Below are positions 11,881 through 24,778 of a stretch of DNA of 64,000 nucleotides, piece by piece. Numbering within the stretch: the stretch's first letter is position 1; each line of letters starts with the position of its first letter. Under the pieces are notes generated by a model. It had not been told where the DNA came from and searched no databases. It saw only the letters and a program-made list of their open reading frames with translations. The DNA comes from Octopus sinensis (taxonomy: Eukaryota): assembly GCF_006345805.1 (NCBI RefSeq), contig NC_043017.1:33294001-33358000 (forward strand), written 5' to 3'. Made by a program: the position numbers and the translations under genes.

Positions 11881-12629
11881 TGCAAACAATGAATGAGATT
11901 GACATGGAATGAAAAACTCGTACAAATAAAAGCATTTTGAAAAGTGTTTTGTTCCGAATATTTAAATTTGTGAACTTAGTAAATACGTCTTTCAGCAATT
12001 TATCGCAATTGTATACAAACAGTGAATTAAAACTTGAAATAAAAACATTAAAATTTAGACAGGGACAGACTTCACCGTTTTTACGTCGATACTGGAAGCT
12101 GACATTGAGAAATCTTTTTAAAGAAGTGAATCTAATTTAGAGAATTTCATGAAAAGAAAAAAATTCATTTTCTTGAAATTTAAGACGAATTGAAGTAGAC
12201 TCGGGTGAATTTGCAGAAAATCCCTAACCCTCCTAAAACAGTTCCCCACCCTTCAAAAATATATATATATTCGAAACTGACATGATTGAACACACGTTCG
12301 TAGAAAATTTTATTAAAAAATATCCATAAATTCAGGAATCGGCAAAAGGATCGACAGAAAAGGTATCAAGTTTTGAAAGAAAAAAGTACTGGAGTCGATT
12401 CATTCGACTAAAATAGCTTGAAAGCGGCATCCCAGGGTGACTGCAGTCTAATGATTGAAGCAAGAGATGAAAGAAGGCACGCACACACAAACACACACAC
12501 ACACACTAACAAACGCTCGCGCACACATACACACAAACACACACACACATACACACAAACACACACACACATACACACAAACACACACACACATACACAC
12601 ATTGATTGAGTGAAAGAGATAATGATAGA

Positions 12630-12659
12630 CAGATAGATAGATAGATAGATAGACAAATG

Positions 12660-12739
<80 letters not shown>

Positions 12740-12740
12740 C
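12630..12740. repeat. (GATA)n microsatellite flanking the Tx1 3' end
   Basis: Directly visible. Confidence 0.95.
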
Positions 12741-13885
12741 ATAAGTTTCTTTATTGGCCACACAGGGCTGCACACAGATGGGACAAGTTACAAGGTAGAG
12801 CTTTTCTGTTGGGGGAGAAAGATGGCGTAGGTTTTCGATCAAAAGGGATCGTAAAAGGGCAAAAAAGAACAAAAAAAATAATAAAAAGGAAAAGAAAAAA
12901 AGTGAAAGGGACCTAAAGAAAAGAAAAATGAAAAAAGAAGACAAAAGAGGAAAAAAGGGGGAGAGGAAAAAAAACGATCAATAGGGATCGTGTATCAGAG
13001 TGTCATGATGTATGGTGTAAAGGGGAAAGCAAGTAAGGTTTATCCGTGGGAAGAAAAGCCTACGAAAAAGACCACGGTAACCTTGGTCAATATTGTTATA
13101 TGTTACCACATTTGTTTGCAAGTGGGTAACCCTCTGTTTTCAATTTCTGGGTTCATAGGATTATGCTCAAGGTGGCTTCGTCATTCATACGTGCCATCCT
13201 TGCTACATTCACCCATCTTTTTTTAAAACGTTCGCTAGACAAAACTTGCCTCTCTACTCTCACCTTCCTTTTCAAGTGGTACTTGAAGAAGTTGATGAGA
13301 GATTGACCAGAGAGGAAAGTGTTTGTCTCCAATCCTTTCAGACGCGTCCACCAGATACATTCTTTCGCCATAGCCACAAGGATGATGAAAATAGCTCTTC
13401 CTTCCCGTTTGAAGGAAGGAGGCGTGACAATATTGACGATAGACTCAGCTGATAAACCGACTCGTCCCACACGTGACAGCAGTTGTTCGACATAAGCCCA
13501 CAGGTCGGAAATTGTTGGACACTGCACGAGTGCGTGCAGAACGGTTTCGTCGCTCTGACCGCATCTCGGGCAGGTCGGCTCCGTGTTTCTCGGGCCGTGT
13601 CTGCAGAGCTTATCCCGAACGGGTAGCGCTTCTCGGTAGCACTGCCAAGCCAGGGATCTCTGGAAGTTGTCGATGGGCCCTGGCCCGAAAGTCGTCCTGA
13701 ACAGGAGGGTCAGGTATTCCTCGTCGACGTCCAGGTTCGCCCCAAGCTCGTCGTCGTACCTCCCCTCCACTAATCCCCTATAGAATGCTTTGGTTGTGAT
13801 GAAGTCACTCAAAGTCGACCCAGGACGGCAGAGTTGCTTGAGAGCAACGCGACACTCGCGGTGCCATTCGCCCTTCCTCGGCCTC
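12741..13885 (-). mobile_element. 5'-truncated Tx1/L1-clade non-LTR retrotransposon (ORF2 C-terminus with CCHC zinc finger, then 3' UTR)
   Basis: ORF 13153-13812 with CPRCGQSDETVLHALVQCP and IW..R...RKVRVER...F.KRW. The frame stays open to about 13885; AATAAA near the 3' end; (GATA)n on both sides. Confidence 0.88.
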
Positions 13886-13949
<64 letters not shown>

Positions 13950-13952
13950 CAG
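13886..13952. repeat. (GATA)n microsatellite flanking the Tx1 5' truncation
   Basis: Directly visible. Confidence 0.95.
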
Positions 13953-14007
13953 ACAGAGAGATAACAGGAGACGGAGAGAAAGACAGAAAGAGAGAATATG
14001 TGAGTGT

Positions 14008-14056
<49 letters not shown>

Positions 14057-14895
14057 CTTGTGTGCGCCTGTGTGTGTGCGTGCCTGGATGTATCATAATG
14101 TCAGCATAGATATATATTATGCTAAAATTCTTTCAAATATAATTATCCATAAAGAAGTTGATATTTTTAGCGATATACATTCAAACACAGAAGGTAGTAT
14201 TCACATACACATATATACATATGTGTGCATGTATGTATATATATATATGTGAGTATGTGTGTATGTATGTATGTACGTATTTATTTATATATATGCGTAG
14301 CTGCACACCCACTCACATGCTTATACTACTAACCCCTATACATATGTATGAATGTCATGCAACATACGCGAAAGTTATATCTTCAGAAATACCTGACTAA
14401 TAAATTCAATGATCCATCTTACAATAAATGACTTTCATATATCTGTTAGGCAAGAACTGGAGTGAAAATTGCCATTCATCTGTCTCCCTCACTCCTTTTC
14501 CTTCTCTCTTTCTACCCTTACATATATGTCTGCATGCATGTATGTATTATATATGATTGCGTAAATACATCTTCACACGTACGGGCATCTGTAAAGAATC
14601 CTGTCAATATTTTCCATCATAAAAATCCTTAAACTTATTTTATTACTAATGCAAGAAAATCTAATTAAACATATGAATGTTTCTTACTTTGTATCCATCT
14701 GCGAGCGAAGATGTATAAGGCTTGTATTTGCACTACACACACATATACGCAAACTGGTATATATATATATATATATATAAACATTTGTATATGTATATAT
14801 ATATATATATTTATTTATATGTGTGTATATATATGTATAAACATTTGTATGTGTGTATATATTTATTTATATGTATATATATATATTTATTTATT

Positions 14896-14936
<41 letters not shown>

Positions 14937-15269
14937 GTATGTATATGTCTATATATGTGTATGAATGTTTACACTTATATAGTGTATATGTTTACACTTC
15001 ACCTCTTAATAATAATATACACTGCAGGCCTTTTGTATTTCTTCTAGAAATGATATTTAAGAATATATAGGTGAAAATATTCCTTTCTTTGCATTTATTT
15101 ATCTATGATTTTCTGTGAATATACTTTTGTGTTCAGCATTATATACACATATCTGTGTGCAATCGTGTGGATTGTGCATGTCTTAAGATGTGTATGTGTA
15201 AATGTATGTATTTTTGATTGTGCATGTGTTAACATGCGAATGCGTAAATGTATATATATACATACATAC

Positions 15270-15328
<59 letters not shown>

Positions 15329-15457
15329 CACATGTGTGTCCTTCAGGATACATATGTATGCTTCACTCTTCGATTTTCACTCTGAATCTAAAAGAGTACG
15401 TCTGTGCATATAGGACAGTGTAGTTCTGTGAGCATGTATATATGTGTATGTTTGTTC

Positions 15458-15492
<35 letters not shown>

Positions 15493-16385
15493 GTGTGTTT
15501 CTTGGTGTTTCCAAAAACATTAACATGTCTGTGTCTATGTATGACAGTATGTGTGCTTCAGGCTGTGCATGTGTGCGTGTGACTTCTGTCCTTTCGTAAG
15601 TATATACATATGTGTGCGTATTTCATGTTGCAATGCTAATGTGTGTTCCATTGTGCATGCTTGTGCATCTTCCGTTCCCGTCCACATCTCAGCTTATGTG
15701 TAAACACCCGTAAATGTGTACACACCCGTGCACGCTTCTACGTGTGCGGGTGATCCTATACAGGTTTGCAACTCTGTGTTTATATAATGAATATTTGACG
15801 ATGCAACGCATTGAAAACAGCTGTGAATGTCCCAGCGTTATCGAGAGAACAATTGGCATGGGAACGGTTTCATATCATCTTACTTAAATGCTTTATGTTC
15901 GGTTGAATGAAACTGTGTTCATATACAATACCGTGTGCGAGCATTTGTTTATAAAATTATACAAACGAAACAAACCCATATACAACATTATAGATGTGTT
16001 ATTCTCCTAAAATAAAACAAAAATAAACCGCTTAACCAATAAAGAACTCAATATCTAGTATAGATATTCAATATTTATTCACTATTATTATTATTATTAT
16101 TATTAATATTGTGTTATAATATGGCGGTCATGTGAGAGGTATAGACAATAGTGTCTTATACATCGGATACGATTATCCTTCCCGACAGAAAATGAGAACA
16201 GACTCGACAAAAGGAATAGAATCACTTATGTATTGTATACAGGAAAAACGCGATGACCATTAGAGCAAAAGGACCTGATAATGTTCAACTATCCATATTG
16301 GAAGCTTGAACTGGACAAGCTATGGTGAAATTTTGTGTATTTCGTTTGTTTAACACCATGAAGAAATTTGAAAATATGCATTCGG

Positions 16386-16520
16386 CGGCGCAGGCGTGGC
16401 TCTGTGTTAAGTAGCTTGCTTCCAAACAATACCGTTCTGGGTTCAGTCCCACTGCTTAGTACCTTGGGCACAATAACCTGGGGCCGACCAAAGCCTTGTA
16501 AGTGCTCTTAGTTGACAGAA
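16386..16520 (+). mobile_element. SINE family A, 5' fragment
   Basis: Diverged head match. Confidence 0.7.
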
Positions 16521-16710
16521 AGTCCTCGGCTAATACTGCTGCTTAAACAATCAAAACCAAAATATTTTATTGAATTTTCCCACAATTTAATTGTTTTTCA
16601 TGAAAAAGTCGCAAAGAATGGAACCGGTACTAAAATGTTTTCATGATAAAATTATTTTAGCATTTTCTTCCTTGTGATATGTTCCTTATATATAAATAGT
16701 ATGCATTTTT

Positions 16711-17086
16711 TTCACTGTTACATGTTCCAGCCATTTTACTGTGGCCATGCTGGAGCACCGCCTTTAGTCGAAGGAATTCACCCCAAGACTTATTCTTTAT
16801 AAGCCTAGTACTTATTTTATCGGTCTCTTTTGCCGAACCTCTAAAGGACATAAACACACCAACATCGGTTTTCAAGTGATTGGGGGGGGGGGACAAACAC
16901 AGACACAAAGACACACACACATAAATATATATACATATATACATACACGTCAGGCTTCTTTCAATTTCCAACTACCAAATCTAGTCGCAAGACTTTGGTC
17001 GGCCCCAGGCTATAGTAGAAGGCATTTGCCCAAGGTGTCACGCAATGGGACTGAACCCGGAGCAAGCTTCTTACCCTACGGCCACA
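16711..17086 (-). mobile_element. SINE family A
   Basis: Diverged near-full copy. Confidence 0.8.
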
Positions 17087-17186
17087 ATTAGTGAAGGATT
17101 ATCAATCCGGGCAATTGAATAAACCTATCAGTAAAGAACCTATAATGAGTACTGGAAGCAATGGCCATTATGGCAAAATATTGATT

Positions 17187-17547
17187 CACTCTTTACTCTT
17201 TACTTGTTTCAGTCATTTGACTGCGGCGATGCTGGAGCACCGCCTTTAGTCGAGCAAATCGTCCCTGGGCTTATTCGCCGGAGACGTAAACACACCAGCA
17301 TCGGTTGTCAAGCAATGCTAGGAAGACAAACACAGACACACAAACATATACACACACACTTATATATATATATACATGTATACGACAGGCTTCTTTCAGC
17401 TTCCGTCTACCAAATCCACTAACAAGGCATTGGTCGGCCTGAGACTATAGTAGAAGACACTTGCCCCAAGATGCCACGCAGTGGAACTGAACCCGGAACC
17501 ATGTGGTTGGTTAGCAAGTTACTTACCACACAGCCACTCCTGCGCCT
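17187..17547 (-). mobile_element. SINE family A (internal deletion)
   Basis: Match to family consensus. Confidence 0.85.
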
Positions 17548-17557
17548 ATATATGATA

Positions 17558-17998
17558 CATTGTGCGTGAGTCAAAAAATTTGCGACATTTGGTTAACTTA
17601 TTTGGTTTGTTCGTCAAGTAACAACAAAGGCAGCCAACCATTCAAAATAGAGGCCAACGTGTAGCACCTTCTAGATACACCTTTCTTGCAGGTCTTTGAA
17701 CTCAGGCAGATACCAATTTAAGTCTTTCGAAGAACTTCTTCACTGAAGTTTCCGTGTCCTCTTGGTTGATGAAGCGTCACGAGCTCAGTGAGCCATGAAT
17801 CGGAACAAGTAAAAAGGAGTTCTTCGCTTCGAAGGACAAGAAGTGGAAGCAGCTTGGAATCAAAGAACTGCCAGGAAGGTGGCTTCAGAAGGTGCAACGC
17901 GATGCTCTCTACTCTGAGTGCAAGGGTGCTTGTTTTGTAATTCAACGAATAAGTAATTAAGTTACCAAAATATTGCAAAACTTTTGATTCAATACAAC
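17558..17998 (+). mobile_element. Internally deleted mariner element
   Basis: Imperfect TIRs (about 40 bp); transposase C-terminal relic EFFASKDKKWKQLGIKELPGRW. Confidence 0.7.
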
Positions 17999-18032
17999 AC
18001 ACACACGTACACAACACACACACACACACACA

Positions 18033-18064
<32 letters not shown>

Positions 18065-18296
18065 TTTACTCTTTTACTTGTTTCAGTCATGTGACTGTGG
18101 CCATGCTGGAGCACCGCCTTTAGTCGAGCAAATCGACCCCGGGACTTATTGTTTGTAAGCCTTGTACTTATCCTATCGGTCTCTTTTTCCTACACCGCTA
18201 AGTAACGGGGACGTAAACACACCAGCATCGGTTGTCAAGCGATATTGGAGGGGACAAACACAGATGCACAAACATATACACACACATACAATATAT

Positions 18297-18350
<54 letters not shown>

Positions 18351-18354
<4 letters not shown>

Positions 18355-18862
18355 TATAATTAACGGCTAAAGAAGGTTATTCTAAAGCCAATACATGATT
18401 TATCACTTATAATCCACTTGTTACAGGAAAATTGAACTGAAAGCGGGCAACTAACCTTTAGAAAATTTAAACTTCGTTATCTCTATATTGAATCAATTTC
18501 GGAATTAATCCCTATAAAGGATACATTCTTCTTCAGTAGAGCTTACGAGGGAATATAAATAAAATACTCACATGCGGTCATGGAAAAGCAGAAGCTTAAA
18601 ACACAAATACATTTAAGTACGTCATTTATATCCAAAAATAAAAATTCCTTGGTCAGTCTCAGAACAACGTGTTGACCTCTCGCCGCTACATATGTAATGG
18701 TTACCGGTCCCCTTGTAACAAGCAGTGAGTTACTACTAACAATATAGGATGAAGTCCCTTTCTCTACAGAAAAGGATTCCATCAAAAGCGTGGCAGTATA
18801 TTAAAAAAAACCTTTACGGTTGAAGTATAAACATCTTATAATTAAGGGCTAAAGAAGGTTAT
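18351..18862 (-). mobile_element. PLE/retrozyme-like element: 482-nt monomer with 30-nt terminal direct repeat
   Basis: ATCTTATAATTAA[C/G]GGCTAAAGAAGGTTAT at 18351 and 18833; internal HHR; (TA)n on both flanks. Confidence 0.75.
18481..18541 (-). ncRNA. Type I hammerhead ribozyme
   Basis: CTCTA-CTGAAGA-AGAATGTATCCTTTATAGGGATTAATTCC-GAAA-TTGATTCAA-T-A-TAGAG. Stem I is 5 bp; stem II is long with an A.C first pair; stem III is near-palindromic. Confidence 0.82.
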
Positions 18863-19093
18863 ATATATATATATAATATATATATATATACGACGTGCTT
18901 CTTTCAGTTTCGGTCTACCAAATCCACTCACAAGGCTTTGGTCGGCCCGAAGCTATAGTAGAAAACACTTGTCCAAGGTGCTACGCCGTGGGACTGATCC
19001 TGTAAGCATGTGGTTCGTAAGCAAACTACTTACCACACCACCACTCCTATGTACACAAACATACACACACGCACACACTTATAAATATGATAG

Positions 19094-19500
19094 GCGCAGG
19101 CCTGGCTCTGTGGTAACAAGTTTGCTTGCCAATCACATGGATTCGGGTTCAGTCCCACTGCGTGGCAGCTTGGGCAAGTGTTTCCTAATATAATCTCGGG
19201 CCGACTAAATCTTTGTGAGTGGATTTGGTAGACGGAAACTGAAAGAAGCCCGTCGTATATATATGTGTGTGTGTGTGATCCTTGCTCCTACATATGTCCC
19301 CGCGCTACTGCTTGATAACCGATGTCAGTTTCTTTATGTTTCCGTAACTTAGCGGTTCGGAAAGAGAATTCGATAGAATAAGTACCAGGCAGGTTAAAAA
19401 AAGGACTGGGGTAGATTCGTTCAAATAAAAATTCTTCCAGGCGGGGCGCCCCATCATGGCCATAGTATAATAAGTGAAACAAATAAAAGGTAAAATGTAC
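19094..19500 (+). mobile_element. SINE family A (diverged 3' half)
   Basis: Match to family consensus. Confidence 0.8.
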
Positions 19501-19603
19501 ACACAGACGTGTGTCTATGAATGTATGTATGAATGTATGTATATATGCATATGTTTTATTTATTAAATTGTTATGTATGTATGTATGTATGTATGTATGT
19601 ATG

Positions 19604-20147
19604 TCAGGTCACTTTCGAGTGCTACTGGTAACATGTAACCCAGTACAACCTGTTGCATGGTCGGGTCGTCGGCGACTAAACCGGCAATCCCACCAAGCTT
19701 GTTTGGAGAGGAGGGTGTTTATTGGACACCCTGCGGGATGAAAACGAATCCCGTCAAAGGGCGGAGGAACTCTTGAGAGTCAACGGCCATCCAATAAATG
19801 TCTTAAGGCTGTATCATGCGCGGGGACATAGAAATAATTGGACTGAATACCCGATCGCGCGGTTGAACCATTGGGAGTGAAAGACTCCTAGCCTTTGTTA
19901 GGGCATCCTTCTAGGTGAAGGTAACTCAGGTAACTCCGATAACTCCGACATAAAACCTGCGGGTCAGTGGTTACTGATGGTGTTGACTTGTTCTTCTTTT
20001 CGGATTATGGCTGCTGTTGCTTAGTGAGTGGGATTGACAGCCTTTCCTCACTTTAAAAAAAAATCTTCTTGCACAGGCATTGCACGATATCAACATTGAT
20101 TAAGCTTCGTGCAATGGCCGTACTCGATAACGACGGGGCAGCCACCA

Positions 20148-20148
<1 letters not shown>
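19604..20148 (+). mobile_element. About 550-bp non-coding interspersed repeat, RTE-5'UTR-like (family R)
   Basis: Copies at 43103-43656 and 44603-45127; CTAGG[T/A]GAAGGTAACTC motif recalls RTE 5' UTRs; microsatellite-flanked. Confidence 0.65.
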
Positions 20149-20183
<35 letters not shown>

Positions 20184-20780
20184 TGTATGTATGTATGTAT
20201 GTATGTGTGTCCGTACGTATGTATGAGACGGAGAAATAAAATGTGTGTGACTGACAGTCTATTTGGTTATGAGGGTAGTCTGCATGTAGCATATATCATG
20301 GTTTCGCGCTTTAGCCTATAATTTGGATCGCTTAGTAATATTGGGTTTACAGCAATTGTTTTGAATTACAACACGCTTAAGTCTCAATACTATTTGAAAA
20401 TTCATTCTGTTTGTATCTTCCCAAATTCTACTTTTGCATTGCGCTTAAATAATTTTAAACTCATTGTATTATGGACAACAATCTTCCAAAAAGAAATCTC
20501 GGAGGTACTGTAATTATTTGGAGGTTTAAACGTCACTATCAAATGCTGATTATAAAAGTCAATTACAAATTGGGAAAAGCCAGCAACTTGAAGATCCATG
20601 AAATTTTATTTCCCACCGAACTTTATTCCTATTTGACCATGTATTGCTGGTTCTATTATTCATTAACCACTACAGCACTACCAGTTATATTACATGTTCT
20701 AAACAATTTGCACAAGCAGTCAATTTACATGCGCATTATTATCCTTAAACAGCAATATACGCTGCGTGTATTTATATATA

Positions 20781-21193
20781 TTACTCTCTTTTCTCTTTTA
20801 CTCTTTTACCTGTTTCAGTCATTTGACTGCGACCATGCTGGAGCACCGCCTTTAATCGAGCAACTCGACCCCTGGACTTATTCTTTTGTAAGCCCAGTAC
20901 TTATTCTATCGGTGTCTTTTGCCGAACCGCTAAGTAACGGGGACATAAACACACCAGCATCGGTTGTCAAGCGATGCTAGGGGGACAAACACACTCACAC
21001 AAACACACACACGCATATATATACATACATATACACGACGGGCTTCTTTCAGTTTCCGTCTACCAAATCCACTCACAAGGCATTGGTCGGCCCGGGGCTA
21101 TAGCAGAAGACACTTGCCCAAGATGCCACGCAGTGGGACTGAACCCGGAACCATGTGGTTGGTTAGCAAGCTACTTACCACACAGCCACTCCA
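20781..21193 (-). mobile_element. SINE family A
   Basis: Full-length copy. Confidence 0.9.
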
Positions 21194-21507
21194 TATATAT
21201 ATATACTTTTCTTGTTAGTAGCACTTAACCATTTGAAGTTGTTAATTTGATCCACATTATATTCTCTACTCTCTAAACTATTCTACACAAGCTCTAAATT
21301 ATTTGACACAGACTGGGGTCTTTGCTTATTGTTTTGTGTTCGAAATTTCATTCTGCTTCCTGTTTTGACTCAAAAGGCTCAACTAATGTTGTGTGTTCAT
21401 AAATCCTGATGATCAAATCAATTATCTCCTTTTTCTTATTGATAAATCTAATCAATATATATATATAATGCACTATGTGTCGTCAGTATATGTTTAATAC
21501 GCTATAT

Positions 21508-21797
21508 CAACATCATCATCATCGTTTAACCTCTGCCTTCCATGCTAGCATGGGTTTGACGGAGATGCGGCGAACCAGATGGCTGCACCAGGCTCCAATC
21601 TTGATCTGATAGTTTCTACAGCTGGATGCCCTTCCTAACGCCAACCACTCCGAGAGTGTAATGGGTGCTTTTTACATGCCACTGGCACAAGGGCCAGTCA
21701 GGTGGTACTGACATTGACCACGCTTGAATGATGCTTTTTATGTGCCAGTAGAAGGGAGCCAGTCAGGTGGCACTGGCAATAACCACACTTGAATGGC
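21508..21797 (-). mobile_element. SINE/LINE-tail repeat with (GAT)n tail
   Basis: Minus strand ...GGCGTTAGGAAGGGCATCCAGCTGTAGAAAC...GTTAAACGATGATGATG; internal duplication of about 60 bp. Confidence 0.6.
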
Positions 21798-21975
21798 ATA
21801 TGTATTTGTATATTCACTTGTTATACTGGTGATTACTCTGCGTTATATATTTCACTCTATTTCACAATTACCTTTCACATTTAACTCATGTACATACAGC
21901 TATCCTGTATTCAACTTCAGCCTATTTACTTATTATGCTGTACTCGTATATTCAATGCTTGAAGCAGAACAAAAA

Positions 21976-22006
<31 letters not shown>

Positions 22007-22255
22007 ATGAAAATTCAGAAAGCCGAGCTGTGTTGGTGCCTCTTCATATCTATACAAGAAATATTGTTTTTCAGGAAACTTTGCAGGGAATGTGAAACTA
22101 ATTCTTATTCTCTGTAATTGTAGCTTTTGCATAAAATGCATCAAATTTGTTGTAAATTCACAGAGTTTGGCACAAACTAAACCATCTCTTCATAGAAAAC
22201 ATTTCCAAAATGTAGGGGACAGTTTATAAGATTAAGATCATGTGCCCATGTGTCT

Positions 22256-22409
22256 CTCTCTTTCAGTTTCCGTCTACCAAATCCACTCACAAGGCTTTGG
22301 TCGGTCCGAGGCTATAGTAGAAGACACTTGCCCAAGGTGCCACGCAGTGGGACTGAACCCGGAACCATGTGGTTGTTAAACAAGCTACTTACCACACAGC
22401 CACTCCTGC
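22256..22409 (-). mobile_element. SINE family A, 5' half
   Basis: Match to head. Confidence 0.85.
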
Positions 22410-22596
22410 ATGTGTAATAATGTGAAAGATTTCAAAAACATGATTTCATTGATGTTTTTCTTTAGCATCTCTCAAATCTGGTCGAGTAATCCTGAGTAAT
22501 GTTAGTCATAATTATTGCATATTACGAGTAATACTAAAAGACTAAATTGTGCAATGTACTGTTCTGCTTTTTAATATGAGAGGACATAATCCACCT

Positions 22597-22935
22597 ATCT
22601 ATCTGCTCAGTCGAAGTCGACTCTCGGTCACTCGTTGGATCAGTGTCCTCCAGTCAGTTCTATCCTGGGCCGCTTCTTTCAGATTGGCTATGTCCATTCC
22701 GGTATGACTCTTGATGGTGTCAAGCCAGCGGGTTCTTGCTCGGCCACTTCCTCTCTTGCCACTGACCATTCCGAGCATGATGTCCTTCTCCAGGGATTTT
22801 CTCCGCATAATATGACCAAAATATGCCAATCTATGCTTGGTGATCCTAGCTTCTACCGACATTTTCGGCCTTAACTGCTTAAGAACTTCTCCATTGGAGA
22901 GCCTCGTTATCTATGTAATCCGTAAAAGTCTTCTC
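22597..22935 (-). pseudogene. RTE-clade LINE ORF C-terminal fragment
   Basis: FELWCWRRLLRI...RLAYFGHIMRR..LEKDIMLG.VSGKRGSGRARTRWLDTIK...A.DR..WR. Confidence 0.88.
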
Positions 22936-22991
22936 CAACACCAAAGCTCGAATCTACCCATGTGTAAATAAACATATTTTGGTAGATTTAA

Positions 22992-23201
22992 CCCTTTAGC
23001 ATTCCGTCCAGTTTAATCCCTATTTATTCACATATATCATAATTAATCATGTATTATCTCGTAGCTTTGGTAGTTCCATGCAGTGATTACTTATTATTAG
23101 AATACTTATGTAGGGTAGGTGCGAGAGGCCAGATCTGGCCAGCTTGAACATAAACACGTATAATATTTGGGCTGGACACGGCCGGTTTAAATGCTAAACG
23201 G
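22992..23201. mobile_element. piggyBac-like MITE (210 bp)
   Basis: TTAA|CCCTTTAGCATT...AATGCTAAACGG|TTAA. Confidence 0.6.
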
Positions 23202-23214
23202 TTAAATAAATATA

Positions 23215-24086
23215 CGAGGTGATATCAAAATTTTCCCGGACTAGCTCTGTGGCGCGCCAACAGATGGCAGCACATGGCCGCGTGCGCAGTGAGGGCTAGC
23301 AGTGATATTCATGAGGTGGTGTGCCGATTAACATCACTGTGTTTACTTCGCAAGTTGTAAAATCTGTATTTTTGTGATCACGTGTATGCTGTACTCTGCG
23401 ATTTTGTCATGGACATGACCAAAGGGCCATAAGGAAATTTTGCGTTAAACTTGGGATGTCAGCTACAAGGCATTGAGCATGCTCCAGCAAGCTTACAGCG
23501 ACGAGGCAATGGGTCGTACTCAATGTTTGGAGTGGCACGGGCGCTTCAAAAGCGGAAGAATGTCCCTGGAAGACGAACATCTCTGGAAGACTTACGACGA
23601 GCGTTAGTCCCGGAAGTGAGGTATTGTGCATGAAAAATTCGTTCCCCGAGGCCAGGCTGTTAATCAAGAGTTCAACTGCGGCGTTTTGAAGTGCTTGAGG
23701 GCGGACACTCGGTGAAAGGGACCGGATCTGTGGCGCGCAAAGAAATTGTTCCCCACAAAAACAACATGGTATCGCTTCCACGCCCGCCCTGTTCGCCAGA
23801 TTTAGCGCAAGCCGACTTCCAGCTCTTCCTCAAGATGAAAAGGCTGCTCAAAGGTCACCGTTTAAACACCGTTGTCAAAATCAAGAGCGAATCGCAAAAC
23901 CTTGTCGACCCACTTACGGAAAACGACTTCCAGGCCGCATTCCGAAAATGTCAGGAAAGCTGGAACTGGTGTATTGCTATGCAAGATGACTATTGCGAAG
24001 GAGATGATGTTAGAACTTCGGTAAATAAGTTATTTATTAAATATTTATTAAACATAACTAGTCAGGAACCTCTTGGTACCACCTCG
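23215..24086 (+). mobile_element. Internally deleted mariner element
   Basis: TA|CGAGGTG...CACCTCG|TA; N-terminal HTH relic (WHGRFKSGR) and PCSPDLAQADFQLFLKMKRLLKG motif. Confidence 0.88.
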
Positions 24087-24154
24087 TAAATAGTTTTAAA
24101 TATATATATAAATGTACATTTGTGAAATTATTTTGGCGTTTTTATTTACACCGC

Positions 24155-24572
24155 CATTCTCTCACTCTTTACTCTCTCTTCCACTCTTTTACTTGTTTCA
24201 TTCATTTGACTGCGGCCATGCTGGAGTACCGCCTTTAGTCGAGCAAATCGACCCCGGGACTTATTCTTTGTAAGCCCAGTACTTATTCTATCGGTCTCTT
24301 TTGCCGAACTGCTAAGTGACGGGGACGTAAATACACCAGCATCAGTTGTCAAGCAATGTTAGGGGCACATACACACACACATACATATATATATACATAT
24401 ACATATATACGACAGGCTTCTTTCAGTTTCCGTCTACCAAATCCACTCACAAGGCATTGGTCGGCCCGGGGCTATAGCAGAAGACACTTGCCCAAAGTAC
24501 CACGCAGTGGGACCGAACCCAGAACCATGTGGTTGGTTAGCAAGCTACTTACTACACAGCCACTCCTGCGCC
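24155..24572 (-). mobile_element. SINE family A
   Basis: Full-length copy. Confidence 0.9.
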
Positions 24573-24778
24573 TATCACTGGCAACTTTCATTTTGTTATT
24601 TTTGACACAGTCATTACTGATGCCCCGGCTACTCTGATATTCATCGTAAAATCAATGTCTCTTTCAGTCTCTTTTAAAATTAATTTTAAATTTAAAGCGA
24701 TAGTTATAAATAATCAATATTGTATCATGACATTCATATATCTTCCCAGATTTGAAACACTGGATGCAGGCATTGTTA

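Larger units (their letters stand above)
18055..19050 (-). mobile_element. SINE family A, interrupted in its (TA)n by the 18351-18862 element
   Basis: 3' half at 18055-18290 and 5' half at 18886-19050 are collinear. Confidence 0.8.
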
